From Eledone cirrhosa (Eukaryota): DNA of 64,000 nt. The stretch lies in NCBI GenBank assembly GCA_964016885.1, contig OZ024740.1, forward strand, positions 241,614,001-241,678,000. Reading direction: 5' to 3'. Below are positions 1-10,414 of the stretch, one piece after another. The notes below the pieces were generated by a model that was given only the letters and a program-made list of their open reading frames with translations, ran no database searches and had not been told where the DNA came from. Both the position numbers and the translations under genes were made by a program. Positions within the stretch are counted from its first letter, which is position 1. Every line of letters begins with the position of its first letter.

Positions 1-2364
1 AAACACTGAACTATTTAATGGTGTGTTACAATTGAACTGAAATTGGCCGAATTGATAAAAAGCTGACTTGATGGTCAAATAGTTGTTGAATCATGCGGAT
101 AATATCATATGGCCGCCAGTAAGTAAAAAAGCTACTACAGTCGTCATTCGCAATCGAGTATGACTTGATAGAATGTACAATGTTTTCGCTAAAGGTGTTA
201 GCTGCCTGTACACCCATGCGCAGGCACAGATACCCGCTCGACACTCACTCCCTCTTTTGAACAGGGGGAACATCCAGAATGTGACAGTTAGAAGGCTGCA
301 ACAGTACTGGGTTGGTACTTTCTTTATTGAGCCCCAAAAGATGACATCTGTGGGATGACAATGGACCTCTGCGGGATTTGACCTGAGAACGCAGAACAAC
401 TATGCAACAATCCATGTCTCTGCCACGTCAACTTGTCTTATATCACTTGTATTGCCTAGTATCCAATATATCAAGTTCGGCTATTTCTCTGTGTATAACT
501 GTAGCTATGTATTACGTGTAAGTATATTTCATCGTTGTAAGAATTCGGTACACTGATTTTCTGGTTTGCCACACTGTGTTCACGTGTTTTCATTTGTTTA
601 AGGAGGGTGTGCAGAATCACTGAAATCTGTAGGATCGACACGAATTCAAAATTGCTGTGGCACCTTCAACAGTGTAAGGACATTAATATTAGCACTGAAT
701 CATCGCCGAAGATTGAGGTACTAGATTTACTTGTGCCATGTTGATGGCAATAATTCTATTTAGCATTGGTACACGGTCAGTAATTTGGGAGATGGTGAAA
801 TTCGATTATATCAACCTCAGTCCTTGACTGGTACTATATTTCATCGAACTCGGTAGGATGAAAGGCAAAGTAGATCTCTACGAGATTTGAACACAGAAGC
901 CTTTGTCCCATGCTCTAATGATTTTTCCAAACAATCTCCCTTTAATTGTTTTTAATTTTGGCACAAGGCCAACAATTTGGGCGAAGGTAAAAGTGAAATA
1001 TATCGACCCCAGTACTTGTCTCGGAAGGATGAAAAGCAAAGTTGATCTCGGCCAGATTTGAATTCAGAACAATATTAATAGAATTTTGGTTTGAAAGGAA
1101 TTATGGCAATATTAAAAGTGAGATTTGTCAACCTTCTTAATATACCAAGTCAAAGTTTACAATACGTATTTCCAACATAAATACAAACCGACATATTTGA
1201 GGGGAAGGGATCTAGTTGATTATACTGACACCTGTACTTCCCTCGTACTTAATTGTTGACACCAGAAGAATTAATAGTAAAACCGACCTCAGCGAGTTTG
1301 ATCTTGCAGTATAAAAAATGAAATTAAATATCTCAGTTAGACTGTGGAGTTCTCTATCGATTCTGCCAATAAAGCCAATCCCAACTTGTAATGACAAAAC
1401 AATGTAGACCATATCTTAATATTTTCGCAACAGTCATCTTGCTTACATTCTTCCAGTTCAGTGATTTTTACTACACAAAAAGTAATAACAACAATAATAA
1501 AAAAAGAAAACAAAACAAAAGAAAAAAAGAATAGGAAAATATAGTGGAAAAAGAGAAAAAAAAAGAAAAAAAAAGAACGGGAAGGGGAGGGAGTGACAAG
1601 GACTCTAGTGTGTATTTGACCTTTTAATAGGCTGGTTTCGGACCGACGTGGAAGCAATGCAAAACGCATCCAGTTTCCATTAATGGACAAGCACTTGGAA
1701 TTAGAATCAAGCCAGTTATTCAAGTGTTTGCAATTTACACCTTATTTAAAGAATGCTGTTTTGAAATATTTACCTTATATTATTGCATAGATTATGTTGC
1801 TCTTTCTGTCAAATATGGCACATATATGAAGAATTTATATATTTATTTCATTTTTACATTAACATTGTTGTTTCCCTTTTGAAATATAGTCAGAAGTGTA
1901 ATCTGGTATGATCATATGTAATCTAATAACATAATTTAATTTATTAGCTATTGAGTTTGGGCTGTAGAAAGAGTCGTAAACAGAGGGTTTCGTTGAACGT
2001 GACATCCCCATAAAGAAAAAGACGGATAAAAGGCCTATTATAATAGATATATTCAACCAGAGCTGACCTGCGTTTAAACAAGAACACTAACTCAGTTAAG
2101 AATTATTTCTTTATTGACTACAAGGTCCGTAATGGTTACTGATTTAGACACAAGACCATCAATCTTGCGGGATGGGAAAGTCGATTAAATAGACCGCAGT
2201 GCATTACTGGTACTTTATTTTATCGATCATGTATGGATGAAAAGCAAAGCTAACCTCGGCCAGATTTGAAATCAGAACGCAGAGGTCCGTAACTCTACAC
2301 CGCAAAGCATGGTGTCCAATGCTCTACCAATACTGCCAATCCATCGCCCTCGTAACTTAGTTAA

Positions 2365-3065
2365 TAATTGTTTCTACTTTTGGCACAAGGCCAGCAATTA
2401 TCCCACTGCATTACTGGTACTTTATTTTATCGACCCCGTAAGGATGAAAGGCAAAGCTACCCTAGGCCAGATTTGAAATCAGAACGCAAACAGCCGTAAC
2501 TCTATGCCGCAAAGCATGTTGTTCGATCCTCTACCGATACTGCCAATCCACCGCGTAACTTAGTTAATAATAAAAGTGTATTTAGCTTTTATTACTCATT
2601 CAAGCAAGAAGCTATTGAATAACGAACTATTTCCATGTATGCTTGGTATCTTGAAGATAAATACATATTGGAGGGTTCACAGATAGACTTCTTTCCTTCA
2701 TTGATACTTCTACGGTTAAATAGATCTAAACAATGGATAATAGACTATAAATATTTGTGGAGAGTATTTTTACTGCATAATAATTGTTTCTACGTTAGGC
2801 ACAAGGCCAGCAATTACCCAGTGCATTACTGGTACTTTATTTTATCGACCCCGTAAGGATGAAAGGCAAAGTTAACCTCGGCGGGATTTGAACTCAGAAC
2901 GGCAAGGGCCGTAACTCTATACGTCAAAGCATGGCGTCCGACTGCATAATTACTGCATAATAATTGTTTCTACTTTTGGCACAAGGCCAGCAATTACCCA
3001 GTACATTACTTGTACTTTATTTCATCGAACCCCGTAAGGATGAAAGGCAAAGTTAACCTCGGTGG
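2365..3065 (-). mobile_element. Cluster of three tRNA-derived SINE copies (major young family, Deu/Nin-like core)
   Basis: Sense strand has B-box GAGTTCAAATCC, core GCCTTTCATCCTTACGGGGTCGATAAAATAAAGTACCAGT and tail AGAAACAATTATTA; TSDs CGTAACTTAGTTAATAAT and ACTGCATAAT. Other copies at about 5875-6060, 19654-19755, 23320-23413, 35718-35787, 43190-43350 and 46088-46262. Confidence 0.85.
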
Positions 3066-3544
3066 CTCTACGGAGGGCAGACTAATGGTATTTGATGAGG
3101 AAGAGAGAAACTGAAGGTAATGGAGAGTTAATTGCTAATACCACAAGCGTTTAAAAACCACCTTCGGTTGTTAGTTTGCAGGTCTAGAAAGGTTGCTTCT
3201 CATATGGATATGACACTGTAGAGCAGGGGTCCCAAACATGCGGCCCACGACCTTTTTTCTGGCCCGCGACAGAAAAAAGGATAATTTGAAACAGAAAATG
3301 TGTCCCCTTAAATTTTGTACTAATTCACACATCCCACATAATTATCATGTGTGTAGTTATTTTGATGAATATCTATCTATCTATCTAATGACTTATTATG
3401 TTGATACAAGACCACACAAAATGTGTAAAAGACGGAATATTGAAGTGTCGAGGGAATTGACTTCAACATATTACTCATTTTATTAAGCTCAACCCAAAAG
3501 ATATACATTTCACTATAATATAAGGCATTTTGTTTCAGGAGTTT

Positions 3545-3900
3545 ACATATGCTAACAATCTCTCCGTTCCACGTGGGTAGGCCCTTCCTCTGGGATGCTA
3601 CATCTTGTCACACTTTCTCTGGTAGCAGCCTGGTGCGTTCGGTTACAAGCCCAGGCTCTGCTGCCCGCCACGCTGAGGAGGGTAAAATGTCCAAGTGTCG
3701 ACCGCTCTCATAGTTTTGTTGTAGAGTCTGTAACAGTGGAGGCTTCTGACGTTCTTGCCCGGACCACATCCTTGTTCACTGCTATCGGAGTGAAGTTGGC
3801 TATCCGAAGGTGTGAGTCCCGCGACTTGGTGTAGCTATTCTAGCACGTCTCCCTCACCGTCTTCTGGGACAATGTTTTCTCCATCCTGTCAGCAGGGACC
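3545..3900 (+). mobile_element. Degenerate 3' fragment of a CRE-like non-LTR retrotransposon (RLE endonuclease region)
   Basis: Frameshifted translation WDAT..TF..SSL..S...PGSAARHAEEGK..K / VEASDVL...IG.KLA...E.R...HVSLTVFWDNVFSIL resembles the CRE C-terminus (WDAT...AE..K..KY...ET.G...QR.S.A..RGNA). Confidence 0.6.
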
Positions 3901-4882
3901 AAGAGGCGGAGGCTAAGTTAGTTGGAAGTGGAAGATATTATTTCGGACATCACACATATACACACATACTCTACCCTTCCACAGTCCAACGAGTTAATTA
4001 ACTGCAAAACTGTAACAACAGTCGAGTGCTATAATATAGTCTAACATTGATACAGGACAAAACGTTCTTAGAGGGAGGAATACAATTGATATATTAATAA
4101 TATAAGGCAGCAAATTCACAGAATCCTTAGAGCGACTGGCAAAATGCTCTGTGGTATTTATTGTGGCTCTTGATATACATTCTGAGTTCAAATCCTGCTA
4201 AGTTCCTTTCATCTTTCAGGAGTCGATTAAATATAGAACTGATTCAGAATGGTGGTTTGGCGGAATTGTTCAAATGTTAGATAACATTTTTCGCAGTATT
4301 TGTTCCGGATCTTTAGGCTCTGTCTGGCCAGGCATTTGTAGAATACTTCTCTGTAAGTAGACGACAACATGGTGTCATGTATGTAGAAATAACAGCCGAA
4401 GGAAACTACCTTCATACTCTTCCATGAAAACGCCATAACAAAAATAGAATGGAATATATTGAAACTATAACATTAAATTATTATATAACATTAAATTATT
4501 ATATTGTCTTTATTTTTTAATTTGAGAGTCTTACAAAATTTATTGATTTATTACATGTGTGTGTGGTGATATATCCGACAACAATATAAACACTAATATA
4601 TGGAAGATGGGATGGTCACTTCTGGAACTTTCTCAAACTTACATGGAAACTAACTTTTCATCGAAAGTCCAATTGCGGTATTTTCGATAGAATATGCCTT
4701 TACAACGATCAATTCGTGATTATTGTTAAATGATCAATGCCTACCAGATTTGAAAAAGGGGAACACATTGAATAATGTAGCTCTTGATACAATATCTGAA
4801 ATAAATATCACTGCTGGAATGCTTTTGATTATAAGTGTACACATACGAGCATAGTTGACTGAGGGTTACATAACAATAGCTA

Positions 4883-4910
4883 AGCAGCAGCAGCAGCAAC
4901 AGCAACAGCA

Positions 4911-4949
<39 letters not shown>
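4883..4949 (+). repeat. Compound (CAG/CAA)n-(CTA)n microsatellite
   Basis: Visible directly. Confidence 0.95.
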
Positions 4950-4950
<1 letters not shown>

Positions 4951-5030
4951 AACAGGTGAAATATATTAAGACGTTACAGTTAAATTAGAAAATTAGAAAC
5001 AACAGATGTATTCGACAAAATATACATTAC

Positions 5031-5125
5031 CCGACATGCTAGGTTTGAATCATGGAAATTTCTTCGTGGATATGTGACATACTTATAACATTGGTTAATA
5101 AATGTTTTCCATCCTGATGGACAGT
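5031..5125 (-). CDS. C-type lectin domain N-terminal exon (DCPSGWKTFINQCYKYVTYPRRNFHDSNLACR), invertebrate contactin-like
   Basis: Polypyrimidine tract plus tttacag|, donor CGG|gtaatg; CPxGW...CY...AC pattern of long-form CTLDs. Contactin identity is inferred from the signal peptide followed directly by a CTLD, as in Drosophila Contactin. Confidence 0.8.
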
Positions 5126-6419
5126 CTGTAAACAAACAAAAGAAAGTTCATGTCATTAGTTTGTCGTTTCTGTTAGCATTGTTCTTTCGCTCCAGCTCAG
5201 GCTTGATCAAGTTAATCTATGATCAAATACATAATTTGGGTAGTAAACTAAATATGGATGATATACTCTACCCGTCATTCCACTACCAAGCCTCTGGGTG
5301 CTTTAAACGAAGCCCAATCTGTTGGAAGCATTCAGACCAAAGGTTTTTACTGAAGATATTTTCCTCCTTCCATCCCACCTGTCTTGGAGGTCTTGGAAAT
5401 TATTATGAGCGGTAAACTTTTCCCTCAGATTTCATGCGCATATGGATTCGTAACTGGTGATAGAATCATGGGTATTTTAAATCTGGTGACGCCAATCCGC
5501 TCTACAGCCGATTTCTTCTAGAGAGGATAATAGAAAGGAAGTCAAATCCATTTAACTAGACCTTACGGAAAACCTAGTCATTTATTCAAGTAGAATATAT
5601 AGGACTACATCATTAAATGTGTCATTCCTTTTTGATATGTTAGAAGGATTCGGCTGCTGTTTCTAACAGGTCAGACGACTGCGTATAGGATCCCTCGTAT
5701 TTTGAGAATGTACTTTCTTATAGTTCTTTCAGGCTCTCCTATCTAAGAGAGTATCTTCTGTGAGTTACTCCGAGGAAGACGTGTAGTGCCATATAGTTAT
5801 CGATTGAATGGGTTGTGGTGGCTTAACTCGAGGTCAGCTCTGTGACCATCACGTCTTTTCTAGTCATATTATATGGATTGGCAGTATCGGTAGAGGGTCG
5901 GACGCCATGCTTTGAAGCATAGAGTTACCTCCCTGTATGATCTGAGTTCAAATCCCGCCGAGGTTAACTTTGCCTTTCATCCTAACGGGGTCGATAAAAT
6001 AAAGTACCAGTAATACACTGGGATAATTGCTGGCCTTGTGCCAGAAGTAGAAACAATTATATCTAGGAATATATCATTTAATGTGTCAGTTATTTCTATA
6101 TGACGATAGGGTGTGATTTGAAGGAAATTTAGGTTGCTATTTCTAGCAGGTTGAACAACAGTGTGCGTATTCTTTTATTAGCATACGTGGGTTTGAGCTG
6201 GTCTGAGCAGGGTTGTGTATAGTTTACAAGTTAATCAAAATAAACCATTGTAATGCAGAAGAGGTGGCAGAGAAGAATAGGGTTTGTTGAGTGTTGACTG
6301 GCTGTTTAGCTGATTGTTGTTGTTATTGTTGTTACTTCGTCGAATTGAGTAGACCCATGATTAAATCGTTTGTGCATTTAAAATTAATTGCTCCAAGCTA
6401 TAGATATATATGCACCGGT

Positions 6420-6730
6420 TGTTCATCATCACCCGGCGGCCTCAGTCGAAATCGACTGAACAATTGATCTCTACGTGGGTCTGTCGTTCATTGCCGCTGC
6501 CAAATCCTGGATTTCAATACCAGAATCTCTGGACATGACATCGGAATAGGAGAGCTTGTGCCCCCCCCCCCCCCTGTTATTAATAACTGCTTGTGGTTTC
6601 CAAAACACTAATCGGGACACAGCCTCATAGGTAGCATGATGGCAGTGGCCAGAAAATCTTACTCTCCTTTTACGTACAACGACAGATATACGTGGGATGT
6701 CGGCATATATCTCTCTCAAAGTCGGATGTC
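6420..6730 (-). mobile_element. 3' fragment of an RTE/RTE-X-like LINE
   Basis: RKRRVRFSGHC...LVFWKP...GG.KLSY.D...RDSG.....L..AMNDR thumb/C-terminal motif followed by a short GAT-repeat tail. Confidence 0.7.
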
Positions 6731-7489
6731 GCCAGCTTATGTTCTGAAAATCGTCGAAGCAGGCGAGTGTAGGTGCCATCAAGGCGCTTTTGTTGTTTGG
6801 ATGAAAGCGATCATGTTTCACCTCCATTGCATTCATAGTTAATATGCTTCATAATCCATTGGACTGTCGAAGAACTATTGACAATTTTATCTTAAAGCAT
6901 CTAGAGTTATTGTTATGTAACCCTCAGTCAACTATGCTCGTTTGTGTACACTTATAATCAAAAGTATTCAAGCAGTGATATTTATTTCAGATATTGTATC
7001 AAGAGCTACATTATTTAATGTGTTCCCCTTTTTCAAATCTGTAAGAGGGTAGGCATTGATCCTTTAACAATAATCTCGAATTGATCGTTGTGAAGGCATA
7101 TTCTATCGAAAATACCACAATTAGACTTTCGATGAAAAGTTAGTTTCCATGTAAGAAATAAAACACAATTCTAGTACGCTTGGTTTATTGATACTACCTG
7201 TCCATTTTGAATTGTATATTTCATAACTTCATTGTGTAAATGTCATATCGTTAATTCATATTAAATGAGAACATGATTTAATAAAAATAGTTTTATTTTA
7301 TATGCAACTATTACTGAACACAATATTTTATCTTTTATTCTTTGAATTCTTTAACTTCTAAGTTTACTTTTAAAATGTGTAAACCAGAATGTCGGGAGGT
7401 ACATTTCCAATGGAAAGAATGTCAGCGGAAACCGGGGGAGGGAGGCGGAGGATATCCACATATCCAAATATTGGAACTGGTCAATGAAC

Positions 7490-8460
7490 TATTCATGTTG
7501 ACTTGGGTGTGAAGTATACTCTTCCAGTGAAACTGTCGAACCTTAAGCCATGTTGTTCTTCAACAAGGGCCCATCGCTTTCCTTGTTGTTCTATACATAG
7601 TACAGCAATGAGATAATGCTGACATAGCTTGAAACAGACTGCAAGCTTTGTATCCGTTGTCAGTTGTGCTTGCAGTGCAGCTGTGATGTAACATAGACAA
7701 TAATTTTCCAAGTAAAAACCAAACTTTTGAATCAATAGGAAAGGCAAAAATGCCACACAAAACCTCATTGCTGCTGGTGTATTTCCTCTACATATTTGAT
7801 GTGTGCATTAAGTGTCTTGATAAGAATGGGGAGCAGAGGACTATCTTTCTGTTGTCTTTTTCATGCTGTCCACTAAAAGTTTGGATACCTACACCTTCTG
7901 GATATCTTCATCATTATGAGGGATAGCCAACCTCAGTCATTTGAGTCTTCTTGACCAAAATGTTATAAGCTGTCATTCGACCTGTTAGAAACAGAAACCT
8001 AATTTCCCTCAAATCATTCTATTGTCGTAAATAGAGATATATACTTTAAATAATGTAGTCTATATATTTTACTTGAATCGCGTGTTATGTTTTCCATGTA
8101 AGGTGAATTTCTGTTGAGGAGACAAGATGGACTATTAACTATTCAGATTTAAACAATATTGAAATACTTTTTACCCCTTTGATATGATAGAATCAGTTTG
8201 ACGAGAGCAAATCTCATTTGTTAACCAGATCAAGGCGTGGACATGTAGCAATCTAGTATTTTGCAAATGTATGGTATAAATATGACATTTGACTGATTCA
8301 AAAATTTGACACTTAGTAATTAAATTCATCATCTTTCTCAGTTTTATTTGGAAAACTATAATTGAGATCACGATGTGAATGTACGGAAAGATATCTTCTT
8401 TAAATTATTTTTCTCTGGATTTGAATGTGAAAGTAATCAAATGTTTTGGTCATCCTAACT
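7490..8460 (-). mobile_element. Degenerate Helitron Rep-domain remnant
   Basis: Minus-strand pieces LITFTF (motif 1, FITFTCN), YTIHLQNTRLLHVHALIW (motif 2, YTIEWQKRGLPHAHILIW), DNR.IV..SP, SSNE..C.IF.FPI and GRVY occur in the expected order, with frameshifts. Confidence 0.75.
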
Positions 8461-8987
8461 GGTGTTATCAAGAGGGAGAAAGTGAGAGTGAGAGAGTGAG
8501 ATAGAGAGATAGAGAGAGTGAAAGAAATAAAGAGATAGAAATGATGCTCATACTGTCACAAAGCAATTATAAGTTAAATGAAATGGTTTGCTCAGTTTAC
8601 AGACCAAGAACAGGTCTTACAATTCTTCAATTATTATTAGTAGCGACATTTCTAAAGGAAATACATAACTTTCTAGAGTAAATGTGAATCTACCACGAAA
8701 CTTGTTGAAGCTTGCCTCCCGCACCTCTCTCTCTCTCTCTCTCTCTCATTCACTCACCCTCTTTCTCTATTTATCTCCCTCTCTGTCTCTCTCACGGTAA
8801 TTGAATTTTCCGTATAGTCACATCATTTCAAGAAAAATTTCTTCATAGGTAATTTGATATGGAACACTTTCAATCTTAGAACAGCGGAACCAGAGCAAAC
8901 CTGGAGCTAAACAACAGAAGCAACAAAACAACGTCAAAATAACTAGATACTCTATAAACTAAAAAGCTATAAAAAGTTGGAACTTAC

Positions 8988-9060
8988 CGAATATGTGGAC
9001 GCCAATCGAAGGTGCCATAAGTAAAATATAATATATAATAAACGTTAAAGAAATCGTCAT
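8988..9060 (-). CDS. Signal-peptide exon (MTISLTFIIYYILLMAPSIGVHIF) of a secreted or cell-surface C-type lectin protein, possibly contactin
   Basis: Acceptor ttacttccag| at 9080, 19 nt of UTR, ATG at 9060, hydrophobic core, donor G|gtaagt. The phase-1 end joins the 5125 exon to give GAC (Asp). Confidence 0.8.
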
Positions 9061-9149
9061 GAGGCTGTGTTGAATGAAACTGGAAGTAAAATAATTGTGT
9101 GGAAGACATTAATAAATAACAATATCTTAGTACATACGTACATATATAC

Positions 9150-9660
9150 ACGATGACTGCCCCCTCGTTATCGAGTATGGCCATTGCACATTATACCATT
9201 ATTAATAATTATTAATTAATTCTATCGTGCAATGCCTGTGCATGAAGATATTTTTTAAAGTGAGGAAAGACTGTGCACTGAGCCAATCCCACTCTCTGAG
9301 CGGCAGTAGCAATAACCCAAAAAGAAGAAAAGATCAACATCATCGGTAACTACTGAGCCACAAGTTTTATATCGGTGTTATCCCAGTTTCCTGAGTTGCC
9401 TTCTCCTAGAAGAATGCCCTGACAAAGGCTAGGGGTCCTTCACTCCCAGTGATTTAACCGCGCGGTACATGTGTATATACATATTTACACACTTTCGGAT
9501 GCCCTTTGTCAGGTTTTGTTTTTTGTCCTACAGGGTGTCCAAAATCACCCTCCTCACCAAGTAAACTTGGTGGGGTTGCCGGTTTAGTCGCCAGCGACAC
9601 GACCATTCGACAGGTTGTACTGGGTTACATGTTACCAGTAGCACTCAAGAGTGACCCGAC
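9150..9660 (-). mobile_element. Bipartite non-autonomous RTE derivative, type 1 (RTE 5' UTR fused to RTE 3' tail)
   Basis: No ORF; ends in ATGGCCATACTCGATAACGAGGGGGCAG, the tail of the RTE LINE at 34220-34260. Related copies at 30875-31350 (+), 34270-34545 (+) and 42600-42795 (-). Confidence 0.75.
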
Positions 9661-9732
9661 ATTACATACTTACATACATACATACATACATACACACATA
9701 CATACATACACATACATACATACATACATACA

Positions 9733-9764
<32 letters not shown>

Positions 9765-9765
9765 C

Positions 9766-10376
9766 ATGGTGGCTACCAACACGTTTTTGAGTACGGCCAC
9801 TACTTTATATCCATGTAGGAGAACTCCTACCGATGCGCTGAACGAGTGTGACTTTTTAGTCTAGCCAGCGACTTGAAAACTCTGGTACAAACACTACACT
9901 TGTGACAATTATTGACACATAGTGCTGGGCCCATGGTACCATGTAACGACAAGTGCAGAGAGATCTCCAGATATAAAGCAATGCTTGTGCCGTGAAGCTT
10001 TTATAGTGAGCAAAGGCACTGCACAAAGCCAGTCCCACTCTCTTAACCAAGATGATATTTACCAAAAGGAAGAACAAGTCAACATCATTGGATACCATCA
10101 GGGTTGCAGGTGTTATATCAGAGTTTTCCTTCTCCTAGAATTCTGCCTTGACAAAGGCTAAGGGGTAATCTCTCCCGGTGATTTTGGATGGCCATTGACT
10201 CTTAAGAGCTCCTTTGCCCTTTGACAGGTTTTGTTTTTAGTCCTGCAGGATGTCCAAAGTCACCCTCCTCACCAAGAAACCTTGGTGGGGTTGCCAGTTT
10301 AGTCGCCAACGACCCTACCATGAGGCAGGTTGTACTGGGACACATGTTACCAGTAGCACCAACTGGTGACCTGACA
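9766..10376 (-). mobile_element. Bipartite non-autonomous RTE derivative, type 2
   Basis: 5' part homologous to the type 1 leader; tail GGCCGTACTCAAAAACGTGTTGGTAGCCACCAT followed by TATG repeats. Parts recur on + at 31842-32010 and 32022-32212. Confidence 0.7.
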
Positions 10377-10414
10377 TAAATACATACATACATGCATACA
10401 TACAGTCATCAGTC

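Noticed and set aside
1-700. Possible LTR or coding remnant at the window start
   Set aside because: No recognisable motifs or paired termini; part of it is a decayed SINE.
1447-1470. Possible 24-nt microexon of the lectin gene (tgtgtag|...|gtaagc)
   Set aside because: In the phase left by the previous exon it starts with TAA and does not continue the CTLD.
3225-3270. hAT/Charlie-like terminus CAGGGGTCCCAAAC..GCGGCCC
   Set aside because: Only one end was found, with no matching TIR or TSD.
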